DNA of 64,000 bases, taken from the NCBI RefSeq assembly GCF_963676685.1, contig NC_092349.1:27280001-27344000 (forward strand), in the 5' to 3' direction. A program made the translations under genes and the position numbers. Within the stretch, counting starts at the first letter, position 1; the number at the start of each line of letters is the position of its first letter. This DNA comes from Mytilus edulis (Eukaryota). Below are positions 36,784-51,500 of the stretch, one piece after another. The notes under the pieces were generated by a model. It had not been told where the DNA came from. It saw only the letters and a list, made by a program, of their open reading frames with translations, and ran no database searches.

Positions 36784-38330
36784 AACAAGACTTAAAGAGT
36801 GCACAGCTGAAATGTCTCGCCTTTCTTTACTAATCATTGATACTATATTGATAGTCCTAAATATAAAGCTTTATTTCAAATGTCACATAAACTTAACATT
36901 AACCAAGAAAACTAATCATTGACCAATGAACCATGAAAATGAGGTCAAGATCAGATGACCCATGCCAGGCAGGCATGTACAGCTAAGAATTCTTCCATAG
37001 AACAAATATAGTTGACCTATCGTATATAGTTAAGGAAAAACAGACCAAAACACATAAACTTAACACTGAGCAATGAACCATGAAAATGAGGTCAAGGTCA
37101 AATTAAACCTATGTGACCGACTTATAAATCATAAAATATTTCCATACACCATGCAAATATAGTTGACCTATTGCATATAGTATTAGAAAAAAAGACCAAA
37201 ACTCAAAAACTTAAAACGTTGACCACTGAACCATGACAATGAGGTCAAATGACACCTGCCAGCTAGACATGTTCACCTTACAATCATTCCATACTCAAAA
37301 TATAGTAGACCTATTGCATAAAGTATGAGAAAAATAGACCAAAACACGAAAACTTAACTATAACCACTCAACCATGAAAATGAGGTCAAGGTCTGATGAC
37401 ACCTACCAGTTGAACATGTACACCTTACAGTCCTTCCATACACCGAATATACTAGACCTTTTGCTTATAGTATCTTGGATATGGACTTGAGCACCAAAAT
37501 TTAACCTTGTTCACTGATCCATGAAATGATGTCAAGGTCATGTGAAAACTTTCTGACAGACCTGAGGACCTTGCAAGGTATGCACATACCAAATATAGTT
37601 ATAACTTATAAGAGAGAATTTTACATTACTAATAATCTTTAAATTTTTTTTTTAGTAGTCACTGTACTATGAAAATGAGATCAATGACATTGGACATGTG
37701 ACTGACGGAAACTTCATATTATGAATTTGGCAATTCATATATGTAGATGTCTTCTTGCTCATCATTTCTTCTGTTTAAAGTTTCTATCTAACAAACATTA
37801 TTTGAAAGATATTATGGCAAAATGTAGAACAAGAGTGCACATGCTGAAATGTCTCGCCTTCATTGATTTTGATAGTCCTAAATATCATATAAAACGTAAA
37901 ATGATCCAAGAAAATAAGGTCAAGGTTAAATAAACCAAACCGGAAGTTTATGTACATGTTCCCATAACAATCATTCAATACACCAAGTATAGTTGATCTG
38001 TTGCTCATAGTTTCTTAAAAGCAGTCTTAAACAGGAAAACAAAACATTGTCCAATGAACCATGATAGAAGACCTGTACACCTTACTATCAATCTAGTTAA
38101 CATTTTGCTTATAGTATTCAAGAAAAAAACTAAACCATGAAAACTTAACATTGACAAATGAATCATGAAAATGAGGAAAAGGTTATTAGATGATACCTGC
38201 CAGACAGACAGACACATACACCTTACAAACATCCCATACAACAAATATAGCTGACCTGATTGTTTAAGTTTTAAGAAAAATAGATCAAGACATAAAAACA
38301 CTCAGCAATGAAACTGTGAAAATAAGTACA
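36784..38330 (-). mobile_element. Two truncated or degenerate HINE-type copies (~147-bp core family)
   Basis: End motif aagagtgcac..gctgaaatgtctcgcctt and repeated aaccatgaaaatgaggtcaagg cores. Confidence 0.75.
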
Positions 38331-40368
38331 AACAAGAGGCTGTCACAACGACAGCAAACCAGATTTATTAACATTTATTTGTGTCCTGGCAATATCACAA
38401 GAACCATTACTGATGAATGGTGAAAGTGAAAATCGTCAATATCAAATTTGACCTCCATTTTGTCATCAGTATCAACATATAAAAATTTGAAAAGCTTAGA
38501 TTGAATGGTTCATAAGTAAATGCAACAGCATGAATGGAAACGCCATTTTATGATCTTTCAAGAACCATATCTCCTGAACGACAAGAGTGCACACGCTGAA
38601 ATGTCTCGCCTTCTATACTAATCATTGATATTATGTTGATAGTCCTAAGTATAAAGCTTAGTTTTATTACAACTGTCTCATAAACTTAACATTAACCAAG
38701 ATAACTAAACAAAGACCAATGAACCTTGAAAATGAGGTCAAGGTCAGATGAACCATGCCAGGCAGACATGTACAGCTAACAATGCTTCTATACAACATAT
38801 ATAGTTACCCATTACTTATAGTTTAAGAAAAATAGACCAAAACACAAAAACTTAACACTGTGCAATGAACCGTGAAAATGAGGTCACCGTCAAATAAAAC
38901 CTGCGCGACTGACATAAAGATCATAAAATATTTCCATACACCAAATATAGTTGACCTATGGCATACAGTATTAGATAAAAAGACCAAAACTCAAAAACTT
39001 AACTTTGACCACTGAACCATGAAAATGAGGTCAAGGTCAGATGACATCTGCCCGCTAGATATGAACACCTTACCATCATTCCATACAACAAATATAGTAG
39101 ACCTATTGCATATAGTATGAGAAAAACAGACCAAAACACAAAAATTTAACTATAACCACTGAACCATGAAAATGAGGTCAAGGTCAGATGACACCTGCCA
39201 GTTGGACATGTACACCTTACAGTCCTTCCATACACCGAATATACTAGCCCTATTGCTTATAGTATCTGAGATATGGACTTGACCACCAAAACTTAACCTT
39301 GATCACTGATCCATGAAATGAGGTCGAGGTCAAGTGAAAACTGTCTGACAGACATGAGGACCTTGCAAGGTACGCACATACCAAATATAGTTATCCTATT
39401 ACTTAAAATAAGAGAGAATTCAACATTACAAAAAATTTGAACTTTTTTTTCAAGTGGTCACTGAACCATGAATATGAGGTCAAGGACATTGGACATGTGA
39501 CTGACGGAAACTTCATAACATGAAGCATCTATATACAAAGTATGAAGCATCCAGGTCTTCCACCTTCTGAAATATAAAGCTTTTAAGAAGTGAGCTAACA
39601 CCGCCGCCGTAGCCGCCGTAGCCGCCGCCGCCGCCGCCGGATCACTATCCCTATGTCGAGCTTTCTGCAACAAAAGTTGCAGGCTCGACAATAAAAGTCA
39701 GAATGGTCATTATTGAACTTGACTTTTATTTTGTCATCAGTAACAACATAAAAAAATTTCAAAAGCTTTGGTTGAATGGTTCATGAGAAAATGCACGGAC
39801 ACGACTGGAAACACCATTTTTCAATCTTTCAAGAACCATAACTCCTGACCGGTAAAAGTCAAAATCGTCATTATTGAACTTGACCTCCATTTTGTCATCA
39901 GTGACAACATATTAAAATTAGGGAAGCTTTGGTAGAATAGTTCATGCGTAAATGCACGGACACGACTGGAAACTCCATTTTTCAATCTTTCAAGAACCAT
40001 AACTCTTGAACGGTAAAAGTGAAAATCGTCATTATTGAACTCGACCTCCATTTAGTCATTAGTAACAACATATAAAAATTTGGGAAGCTTTGGTAGAACA
40101 GTTCATGTATAAATGCACGGACACGACTGAAAACTCCATCTTTCAATCCTTCAAGAACCATAACTCCTGAACGGTAAAAGTCAAAATCGTCATTATTGAA
40201 CTTGACCTTCATTTAGTTGTCAGTAACAACATATCAAAATTTTAAAAGCTTTGGTTGAACTGTTCATGAGTTAATGCACGGACAACATTTGATTGCCGCC
40301 CACCCACCCGCCCGAAGTACATCCCCAAATCAATAACCGACATTTTTGTCACAAAAATCCGGTTAATA
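38331..40368 (-). mobile_element. HINE-type element with 161-bp cores, containing a nested complete 147-bp-core HINE (38581-39691)
   Basis: Cores recur at 39829, 39990 and 40151. The nested element splits a core at ctcctgaacg|...|taaaagtca and has a (GCC)n microsatellite and the terminal hairpin gtcgagc...gctcgac. Confidence 0.8.
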
Positions 40369-42595
40369 AAACCACACTGATATGTACATCTTACAACATT
40401 TCCATACACCATATATAGTGGACTCTGTATTAATCTTCAGACCAAACCAAATTGGAACTTGATATGTAACTTGTCATGATAAAACAACACAACAAATATC
40501 AAATCAACATCTTCAAGCATAAACAAAAAATTGTTGAAAACTGATTTGATGAACAGACAGATGGAGTGCAAACCGGTTTGACATTTTCGGTAGGGGATTA
40601 AAAATATTTATGACAATTTTAATTTTTAAGAGAATTCGAAGCATTAAGTCCTCATGCACTTATAAAAATCCACCATGGAGATGCTGAAAAGTTAGCATGT
40701 ACAATGTATGTAAAAACTAGGCCCAAAATAAAATGTTGTTTGTTTCCCCAAAAAGAGTCCAACTCATAAAATTTTATTGTCAAAACTAAGTTAAATATTA
40801 TTTTATTCATTTCCTATTTGCAGGCTTGCCAGATGGACAGATATTGTTCCAGCTTAAGGAAAAAATAAAATCATTTCCCTATCTAACTACCCTCACCTGG
40901 CTTAGCAGGGTTAAGATTGGGAAACAAACAATATATTATTTTAGGCCTAATCTTGCAACATTTGAACAACAATGATGTAAAGTCTATATCCTGGATTAAG
41001 TTGTTTTACGAAGGCACGATAAATATACTACATAAGAAGTATCAAAAGTTTTATTGATTATTAATTGTCCCATTATTTGTTAAACAGATTATAGCATCCT
41101 GCTTCCTTCCGTTCTATCAAAAATAAATTACAAACAAGAGGCTCCATCTACACAGGGTTGTGTCATTTCTAGAGATATTTCTATACTACATTTGGCTTTG
41201 TTGGGGGTCCTAACAAACACATATATTTTGATTGTACACATACAGGTAATGACAAGCTTCAATATTTAGTGTTGTCTGCACAACTTGGTTTTTATCCATA
41301 AAACACATTTATAGTTAATTTTAAATAAAGATTTTTTATTAGAAAAAATTAACGTTTCAATTTTGAATGGTCTTTTCACAGAAGTAAAAATTTAACAATA
41401 AATTTTTATTGAATTTTCTTGTGCTGATTTGTACAAGCAAACCCTAGAAAAACAGATTGATTGATGTTAATCTTATGTCCAGTGGCAAATGTTTCTAGTT
41501 TAAAACATGATAACTAACAAAATGTTATCCCTCTTTTCTAAGATAACGGCTATTGAGATAATACAACCCTGTTTATGAAAGTCTTTCCACATATGTATCA
41601 AACATTATGATATGATAATTAAGCACTATAATTCTGTGAAAATACAGTAATTCTCATTAGGCCATACAAATATCCATAACTGGAGTGTTATAAGTTCAGA
41701 TTAATGAGGTGGGAGGCCCTATCATTTCTACTTTATATAATTCACAATACTGGAACTTGTCTCTTCAGTTAAAAAGACCTGTTCAACAATTTATTTCTGA
41801 CAGAAACAGAATCTGACTGTTGCCAAAGTACAAACAATTCTCAACAATTATAACCAAATACAATTTACATTATACATTGTTATCGTGGTTATTTCAAATC
41901 ATTCTTTTGTGCAAAATAAAAAAAAACATTCAAATTCGTTAAATGCACCAGCAAAGATTAGCATGTATTAAAAAACATGTTAGAAAAAGAAGGGAGGGAA
42001 AAATTAATTCTTTGTTCTGCATTTTATAATACTTTTGACATTTGTAAATTGGCATTTATACAAAATTTGTAGAAAAAATCTAGTCTATTTATTTACTATT
42101 GTTCATGGCTATCTGACCATACCACACATTTCCTTTGGGAGGACGTATTACTGTTGATATCAGATATGTCTTAAACTGACAATCTCAACACACATATGAA
42201 AATCATTGTACAGGAAACACAATATTTAAATAACAAACATTAAATAATTCAATGTTCAAATAAAGTCTTAATTCTTCTGGTAACATAAATCCATGAACAA
42301 TCTAAACAAAACAAAAAATTTATTCATCACAATTTTAAGTTCTCAGGGAAAATTTTTTGAAAAACAGACAACTGTTTAACCACACAAACTCATCTATCAG
42401 AAGCAGGATAAACGATAAGCTGATAGTTCTTGCTGTACTTTAAAAGGTCGTGGTATTTCCATGGCAACAGTCATTGAGTGCACCAATTTGAATAACTGCA
42501 CTGCCACTTGTTAGTGACACAAAGTTTAAGCAGTAAAGTTATGATTCATAGAGCTATGTTTGAAAGTTTTATACACAATGCTGTCAATATAAGTC

Positions 42596-45500
42596 CTAAA
42601 TCTTTTTCAATTTAGCTTCAATATCTGCCTCATCTAAATCACCTAGGTCATTTGCTTGCACTTCTATTTTAATAGCTTGTAATTTCTTTTTTACAGCATC
42701 TTTACTGGATGCATATATCATCTTTTCTTTCATTGGCGCTTCATCTGGACTCCTGAAAACGAAGAAATCGGTTTAATTAAAAACAGCATTAGAGTTCATA
42801 CATGTATGAAATAATAATAATTTAAGGGGTAGACCTTAGTTCAGGGAGATAACTCTTTAAATCGGTGATGTGTATGTTAAAGTCAAGTTTCATCAATATA
42901 TTTTCTTAATAGTGACAGTCTAGAATCATAGAATTTATTTATGAAAATTGTGGACACAAACGTTCTGGTGAAAGTCATATTGATGATTTTAAAGAAGTAT
43001 TTGCCTAAACCTAGGTCTACAGCTCCTTAACACAATAACTTAGGATATTCAAAGATTAGTATAGTAAGACTTACGATACATATAATTTCTTCTGCTTTTC
43101 GTCTTTTTAGCATGCATGTTTTTTTAAATTTTTTTATTGAAGCATTGAATTTTTCGTACTAGTCGAAACTATATTTTAACTTTAATTTATTAAAATAACA
43201 AGATTATGAGGGCCATAATAAATTCACATCCAAATTCTAACATCTTGACTGACTGATTTGTATAAACATAAAACATTATATACAAACATCGGATTGTTAA
43301 CATAACGGTGGTAATTTTCATACAATTTTAACTCAAATGATTGCCTGGTTCCCTTTTAAATTTGTTGTCTATTTTACATCCGTTGAGGTACAATGTACAT
43401 GTACAAATGTATACAGCTATGTTTTCCCTTTTAGATTCAATCCTGAATTGTTTTTGTACTCTGTCACTTCAAAACTGTTCAAAAATAATTGTGAGATTGA
43501 ATAACTAGAGGCTCTAAAGAGCCTGTGTCGCTCACCTTGGTCTATGTGCATATTAAACAAAGGACACAAATGGATTCATGACAAAATTGTATTTTGGTGA
43601 TGGTGATGTGTTTGAAGTTCTTACTTTACTGAACATTCTTGCTTCTTACAATTATATCTATAATGAACTTTGCCCATTAGTAACAGAGAAAAATATTTGG
43701 TAAAAATTTACATAAATTTACCAAATTAATGAAAATTGTTAAAAATTGACTATAAAGGGCAATAACTCCTTAAGGGGTCAATTGACCACTTAGGTCATGT
43801 GGACTTATTTGTAGATCTTACTTTGATGAACATTATCGCTGTTTACAGTTTATCGCTATCTATAATAGTATTCAAGATAATAACCAAAAACAGCAAAATT
43901 TCTTTAAAAATTACCAATTGGAGGGAAGCAACCCAACAACTGGTTGTCCAATTGATTTGAATATTTCAGGGCAGATATATATTGACTTGATTAACAATTT
44001 AACTCCTTGTCAGATTTCCTCTAAATGATTTTGGTTTCAGAGTTATAAGCAAAAAACTACATTTTACCCCTGTTCTATTTTAAGCCGTGGTGGCCATCTT
44101 GGTTGGATGGCCAGGTCATCGGACACATTTTTCAAACAAGGTACCTCAAAGATGATTGTGGCCAAGTTTGAAATAATTTGGCCCAGTAGTTTCAGAGGAG
44201 AAGATTTTTGTAAAAGATAACTAAGATTTACGAAAAATGGTTAAAAATTGACTATAAAGGGCAATAACTCCTAAAGGGGTCAACTGACCATTTCGGTCAT
44301 GTTGACTTATTTGTAAATCTTACTTTGATGAACATTATTGCTGTTTACAGTTTATCTCTATCTATAATAATATTCAAGATAATAACCAAAAACGGCAAAA
44401 ATTTCCTCAAAATTACCAATTCAGGGGCAGCAACCCAACAACAGGTTGACCGATTCATCTGAAAATTTCAGGGCAGATAGATCTTGACCTGATAAACATT
44501 TTTACTCCATGTCAGATTTCCTCTAAAAGTTTTGGTTTTTGAGTTATAAGCCAAAAACTGCATTTTACCCCTATGTTCTATTTTTAGCCGTGGCAGCCAT
44601 CTTGGTTGGTTGACTGGGTCACGCCACACATTTTTTAAACTAGATACCCCAAAGATGATTGTGGCCAACTTTGGATTAATTTGGCCCATTAGTTTCAGAG
44701 GAGAAGATTTTTGTAAAAGATTACTTAGATTTATGAAAAATGGTTAAAAATTGACTATAAAGGGCAATAACTCCTTAAGGGGTCAACTGACCATTTCAGT
44801 CATGTTGACTTATTTGTAAATCTAACTTTGCTGAACATTATTGCTGTTTACTGTTTATCTCTATCGATAATAATATTCAAGATAATAACCAAAAACGGCA
44901 AAAATTTCCTCAAAATTACCAATTCAGGGGCAGCAACCCAACAACAGGTTGTCCGATTCATCTGAAAATTTCAGGGCAGATAGATCTTGACCCTATAAAC
45001 AATTTTACCCCCATGTCAGATTTGCTCTAAATGCTTTAGTTTTTGAGTTATAAGCCAAAAACTGCATTTTACCCCTATGTTCTATTTTTAGCCGTGGTGG
45101 CCATCTTGGTTAGTTGGCCGGGTCACCGGACACATTTTTTAAACTAGATACCCCAATGATGATTGTGGCCAAGTTTGGTTTAATTTGGCCCAGTAGTTTC
45201 AGAGGAGAAGATTTTTCTAAAAGATAACTAAGATTTACGAAAAATGGTTAAAAATTGACTATAAAGGGCAATAACTCCTAAAGGGGTCAACTGACCATTT
45301 GGGTCAGGTTGACTTATTTGTAAATCTTACTTTGCTGAACATTATTGCTGTTTACAGTTTATCTCTATCTATAATAATATTCAAGATAATAACCAAAAAC
45401 AGTAAAATTTCCTTAAAATTACCAATTCAGGGGCAGCAACCCAACAACGGGTTGTCCGATTCATCTGAAAATTTCAGGGCAGATAGATCTTGACCTGATG

Positions 45501-48500
45501 AACAATTTCACCCCTGTCAGATTTGCTCTAAATGCTTTGGTTTTTGAGTTATAAGCCAAAAACTGCATTTTACCCCTATGTTCTATTTTTAGCCATGGCG
45601 GCCATCTTGGTTGGTTGACCGGGTCACCAGACACATTTTTTAAACTAGATACCCCAATGATGATTGTGGCCAAGTTTGGTTAAATTTGGCCCAGTAGTTT
45701 CAGAGGAGAAGATTTTTGTAAAAGTTAACGACGCCAGACGACGACGGACGACAGACGCCGGACGCCAAGTGCTGAGAAAAGCTCACTTGGCCCTTTGGGC
45801 CAGGTGAGCTAAAAAGGAAGGCCATTAAAATTTTGATCTTTGGAAAACACTTGAAATGGTATGTGTACATATTTTTTAGGGGCCAGCTCAAGGACACCTA
45901 TGGGTGCTGAAATTCTTGCTACATTGAAGACCCACTGGTGGCCTTCAACTGTTGTCTGCTCTATGGTCAGGTTGTTGTAGCTTTGACACATTCCCCATTT
46001 CCTTTCTCAATTTTATTGCTAAAATTTGACTTGCGAAACTGATATTAAAATTACGGCCGGCATTCCAAAATTCTAAAAAAATTCACAAAAGGACAGAGTG
46101 TGAAGAAAACACGGAATTGCATGCAATAACAAGCTGCAGGAAACGATAATATATATTGGCCCTAATTTGGGAAATAAAAATATTCTATTCTAGACTCCTG
46201 ACCAGTGCTTGATAATTTAACACTGGTTTTTACTGTTTACCGACATAATCGTGCAAACTAATTCATGACCTTTTATTTGATCAGAGTTGACCTTATTTGA
46301 AATAAAAGGACCTGATTGGTTGTTTAATTCCTATTATGACGTCACCTTGGGGCATGCTTGATTCACATGCTAAAAAATTCCAAATTTGAATACAATTTGA
46401 CCAGTTCTCAATAATGTTATAAAAACTTCAAAATAAAAATAAAATAAGAACTATGATGTCTTTTTGATAAAATGGATAATTGGCATTTAAATTTTACTGA
46501 AATGGTAATATATTCAAAGAAATTCAGAGATCCTAAATATGATCTAAATGTGTATTGTTTGGAAAACTATTTTTTTCGTAAAAAATGTTCACATTCCATT
46601 ATTCCTAACACTGCACACAAACATTGCAGTATCACGGCTCATCATTGACATATGAAACACCCAAACCGGAATATACATGAAGGGACAAGCAAGTTTACCC
46701 AAAATATATTGTTTACATAAAAATGACGGCGGTCAAGTGAAAATATGAAGGGCTCTAGGGGGACAAAACATGATGATACAAACGCCTTGGATTGAATATT
46801 ACTGTAGCAATCACAATATTTGAATTGAAAATGAATTTATAATCGATCCATGATATTTCAAACTACTAAATATTTAACAGAGCTCCAGATAAGCTGCGTA
46901 TTTGCGTGATCACGCAATACAAATAATAAAAAACCCAATGCAATTGCCCATTGCAGGGTTCAATAACCCAATTAATTCAAAGGAAAATCCAATTATATTC
47001 CAAAACCATGAGTTCTCAACCCTTTTATTGACTACCATTTGCGTTATTTACCCTTATCTGTTTACAGTCGTCGCGTAAACTATTTTTATAATATTTATAA
47101 TTGGAAATTTCCTTTCGTTCTAAAAATAGATCCCTGCATCAAGTAGCTGAAATGGGTCCCTGTTAAAGTTTTCCGTTGCTCAATAGGTACACGTGTTTTT
47201 GAAAACATTTCCATCTTCTCGGCGTTTATCCAATTAGCGTGTGTCATGAAGTCATATTTTTTTCGCACTGCTCGGGATTTATCATAACATACATTGAATT
47301 AAAACAAAAGTGAATGTCCGGTAAAAATATTGAATAGAAGCATGTTTTCTGCTTCTTTTGAAAAGCTTAGGGAAAGTTATGATGATAACAAGACTCAGCC
47401 AGTGTTTTTAGGAAGCGTCCATCGAACAAACAGGCGTGTGTGCGTACCTTAACGAGAACATTGCTAATAAAAGCAGGGTTTCCTCAAAAACGAAATCAGT
47501 TGGAAAAAGTGAAAGGCCAAATCAACAAGTGAAACTGCGAGCTACTGCTCACTGATGATACCCCCGCCGCAAGTGGATAATATTAATAGTGTAAAAATAT
47601 GCAAGTGTTCGGTAAACAGGAAGTTGTCTAGTGATGAATCTGAAAACGCATCACACGGTATAGCTGACTTATAAAAATCCTGAAACCAAATTTCAGAAAT
47701 CCTTGTATTGTAGTTCCTGAGAAAAATGTGACGAAAATTTTTAACTTGGTTATCATGTGTAAAATCATACAAGTGTTCGGTAAACAGGAAGTAGTCGAGT
47801 GATGAATCTGAAAACGCATCACACGGTAAAGCTGACTTATAAAAATCCTGAAACCAAATTTCAGAAATCCTTGTATTGTAGTTCCTGAGAAAAATGTGAC
47901 GAAAATTTTCAACTTGGCTATCATGTGTAAAATCATACAAGTGTTCGGTAAACAGGAAGTAGTCGAGTGATGAATCTGAAAACGCATCACACGGTAAAGC
48001 TGACTTATAAAAATCCTGAAACCAAATTTCAGAAATCCTTGTATTGTAGTTCCTGAGAAAAATGTGACGAAAATTTTCAACTTGGCTATCATGTGTAAAA
48101 TCATACAAGTGTTCGGTAAACAGGAAGTTGTCGAGTGATGAATCTGAAAACGCATCACACGGTATAGCTGACTTATATAAATCCTGAAACCAAATTTCAG
48201 AAATCCTTGTATTGTAGTTCCTGAGAAAAATGTGATGAAAATTTTCAACTTGGCTATCATGTGTAAAATCAGACAAGTGTTCGGTAAACAGGAAGTTGTC
48301 AAGTGATGAATCTGAAAACGCATCACACGGTGTGGCTGACATATATAAATGTTGATACCAAATTACAGAAAGGGTGGATGTGTAGTTCCTGAGAAAAATG
48401 TGACGAAAGTTTCATGGGACGGACTGACTGACGGACTGATGGACGGACGGACTGACAGACAGAGGTAAAACAGTATACCCCCCCTTTTTTAAAGCGGGGG

Positions 48501-51500
48501 TATAATTATGACATGATAAAGCATCAGAAACCAAAAGTTCTAATAAAAGACAACTAAACCCAGATTTATGAAAATTGGAATAAAACAAAAACATTAAAGT
48601 ATGATTAGAGTTTATATACTATTTTTTTCATTTTACGGTTAATTAACGAATACACACACAGGCACTGGTCTCAGAATTTATTATATAAAGGTATAAGACG
48701 AGTGCCTGTGAATACACATATATATCCGTTTTTTTTACAGTTTATATGAGAAAATACAAAACTGGCAGAAGGTTTGAAACGGAACACAAATTAAACCTAC
48801 AATTGCTTCTCAGTCAATAAACCAAATAAAACAGCTAGCAAATAACCCTAACCCTAAACCAAATAAAACAGCTAAACAAAGAAAGAAACATATTTAAGAT
48901 GGAAAAAAAATCTGGGGTTGATATAATAATTGCCTAAATATTCAATATTGTGTTGATGAAAAAACCCAATACATTAAGGAGCTTGGTGGTGAAAAACCCA
49001 ATTTGATATTAACATGAGGGGTGAATTGGAATTGATAATGCAATCAAAAAACTTTATCACCCAATTATATAAGAAAATGGTGGGTAAAAAACCCAATTTG
49101 TGAATTCTTATCTGGAGCTCTGATTTAATTAAAGTTTTTTTTAAACTGGATTCCAAGGGCGATCTTTTCAACTTCTATTCATTGTCTGCTATTAACTTCC
49201 AGTTATAAGTTAAGATCATGCGAAATGTACACTTCCTGTAAAGCCTCTTCTAAGGTATAAAAACAAAAAATATTCAAAAGTGTTTTATTTTCCTTAAAAG
49301 TCATTTCTGTAGCGTGTTATCAAGGACTGGTCAGGGGAGTCTATTCTATTATATATTGGATGGCATTTTGAAGTGTCATTTACACAGGTTGGGGACAACC
49401 CGCAAAATGGGGAACTATTCCCCAAATGAGGGGTTGTTACTCATTTGAGTAATCATTTGGTAGTGCTAAAAAACTAAATTTTCTTAACTGAGTCGTTATT
49501 CTTAAAATGGCACATATTGATGAAAAATGAAGCAGATTTTCCAAAAGGTGAATAGCCCTATCTTGATTTACTGAGAAGTTACAAGCCTATGAAAACTTCC
49601 AAAAATTGACAATTTTAAAGGCCTCTAACTTTTTAAGAACTCATAATAAAAATACAGTTCTTTGGAAGAAGTTGTTCCATTTTCCATAAATTTGTGCCAT
49701 TTTATCCAAAAAGACACATTTTCAGAAAATGTTGTTTTTAGCATTATAAAATGATTACTCAAATGAAGGATTGTTACTCATTTGGGGAATAACTCCCCAT
49801 TTGGTGGGTTGTGCCCAACCTGTTACATGGTTGGAATGTGCCCACCAGATTATAGTTTTTAAAATCTTTCAATATAAGTAAATTGGTATTCCTATTCAAT
49901 TTGAAGGACATATACAGGGGGCATGAATTTCATAACAAAATTGCTGGTCTCAGCTCCTTCTTCTTTATATACAGAAAAACATCAACTGGTTGATGATTAC
50001 TTTCCGGCGCATGCCTGGTTTAACAATATTGTTAATGATTAAAAATATATATTTTTGGTTTCTTAATAATTTTTCAATTTTTATGATACAAATGTATATA
50101 TGTAAGTAATATTTTTCAATTTTTATTTTTAATTTTTGGTATAAGATAAAAACAAGATACATATTATACATGTAGGTGTTTGTAAGTGTCAAGGAGCATC
50201 TCTCTAGTGAGTTTCTCCTTGAAGCACTCAGTAGTGGTGCTGCAGGCTATTGGTTCTGGTAATTTGTTCCAGTCTTTTATAGTTTGGCAGAAAAATGAAA
50301 ATTTGTAACTGTCTTTGCTGCATCGAATTTGTCGGTATGTTTGTTCGTGGCTAGACCTGGTGTTTGATTGGCTTTTAATTAATATGTCAGTATGTGGTAT
50401 AGCAATTTTGTTGTTTGTTATTCTATGGAACATATTTAATCTGCTTTTGAGTCTCCTTTCTTGTAATGTTGGCCAGTGGAGTGTGTTAATCATGTTTGTT
50501 ACACTTTCAGTATATTTGTAGTTTGAGCATACATATCTCGCTGCACGTCTTTGAACTTTTTCTATGGAGTTAATGTTCTCTGTTGTGTAGGGGTCCCAGA
50601 CAGTGCAGCAGTATTCAAGTTTTGGTCTAATAAGGGCTTGGTATGCTCGGTCTTTGATGGTTACTGAGTTTATTTTTAAGTTTCTTCTGATGAATCCAAG
50701 GGTCTTATTTGCTTTAGATGTCATGTTCTGAATGTGTTTGTTCCATTTTAAATTTGATGAAATAGTTATACCTAAATATTTTGCATTTTCAACTGACTCA
50801 AGAATGTGACCGTGCATGTTGTAATAAAAATGGATAGGTGTTTTCTTTGTGGTCACTCTAAGTATGTTGCATTTATCAGGGTGGAACTGCATTAGCCAGT
50901 CTTGTTCCCATTTGATTGCTCCTTCTAGGTCTTCCTGGAGTTTAAGGCAATCTGATGGTGATTTTATCTGTCGGTAAATGATGCTATCGTCAGCAAAGAG
51001 CCTGATTTGACTATGATGTAAGTAGTCAGGTAAGTCATTGATATATATCAAAAATAGTATTGGACCTAATACAGTGCCCTGAGGAACACCTGATGTAACT
51101 GGTATGTTATCAGAGGAATGGTTTTCTAGCATAACTGTTTGTGTACGGTTTGAAAGGAAAGATTTTATCCAGTTTGCGGCTTGATCTGATACACCGAAAA
51201 ATTTAAGTTTATATAGTAAACGGTTGTGTGGAACTTTGTCAAAGGCTTTTGCGAAATCCATGATGATAAGATCGGTTTGTATATTTTTGTCGTTATTTGA
51301 ACATAGTTGGTGAATTAGTGATATTATTTGGGATTCGCATGATCTATTTGCCCTGAAGCCGTGTTGCAAGTCATAAAGTATGTTGTTGGATTCAAGGTGT
51401 TTCATAATGTTGCTTGCAATTATGTGCTCTAGTAATTTGCATGAAATACATGTAAGTGAAATTGGACGATAGTTACCAGGATGATGTTTGTCTCCTTTTT

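Noticed and set aside
39458-39691. Poly-Ala ORF (and related ORF 61844-62050)
   Set aside because: Translation of the HINE terminus and its (GCC)n microsatellite.
47542-48342. 266-aa and 232-aa repeat-protein ORFs
   Set aside because: They arise from a 168-bp (56-codon) tandem core inside a non-autonomous element.
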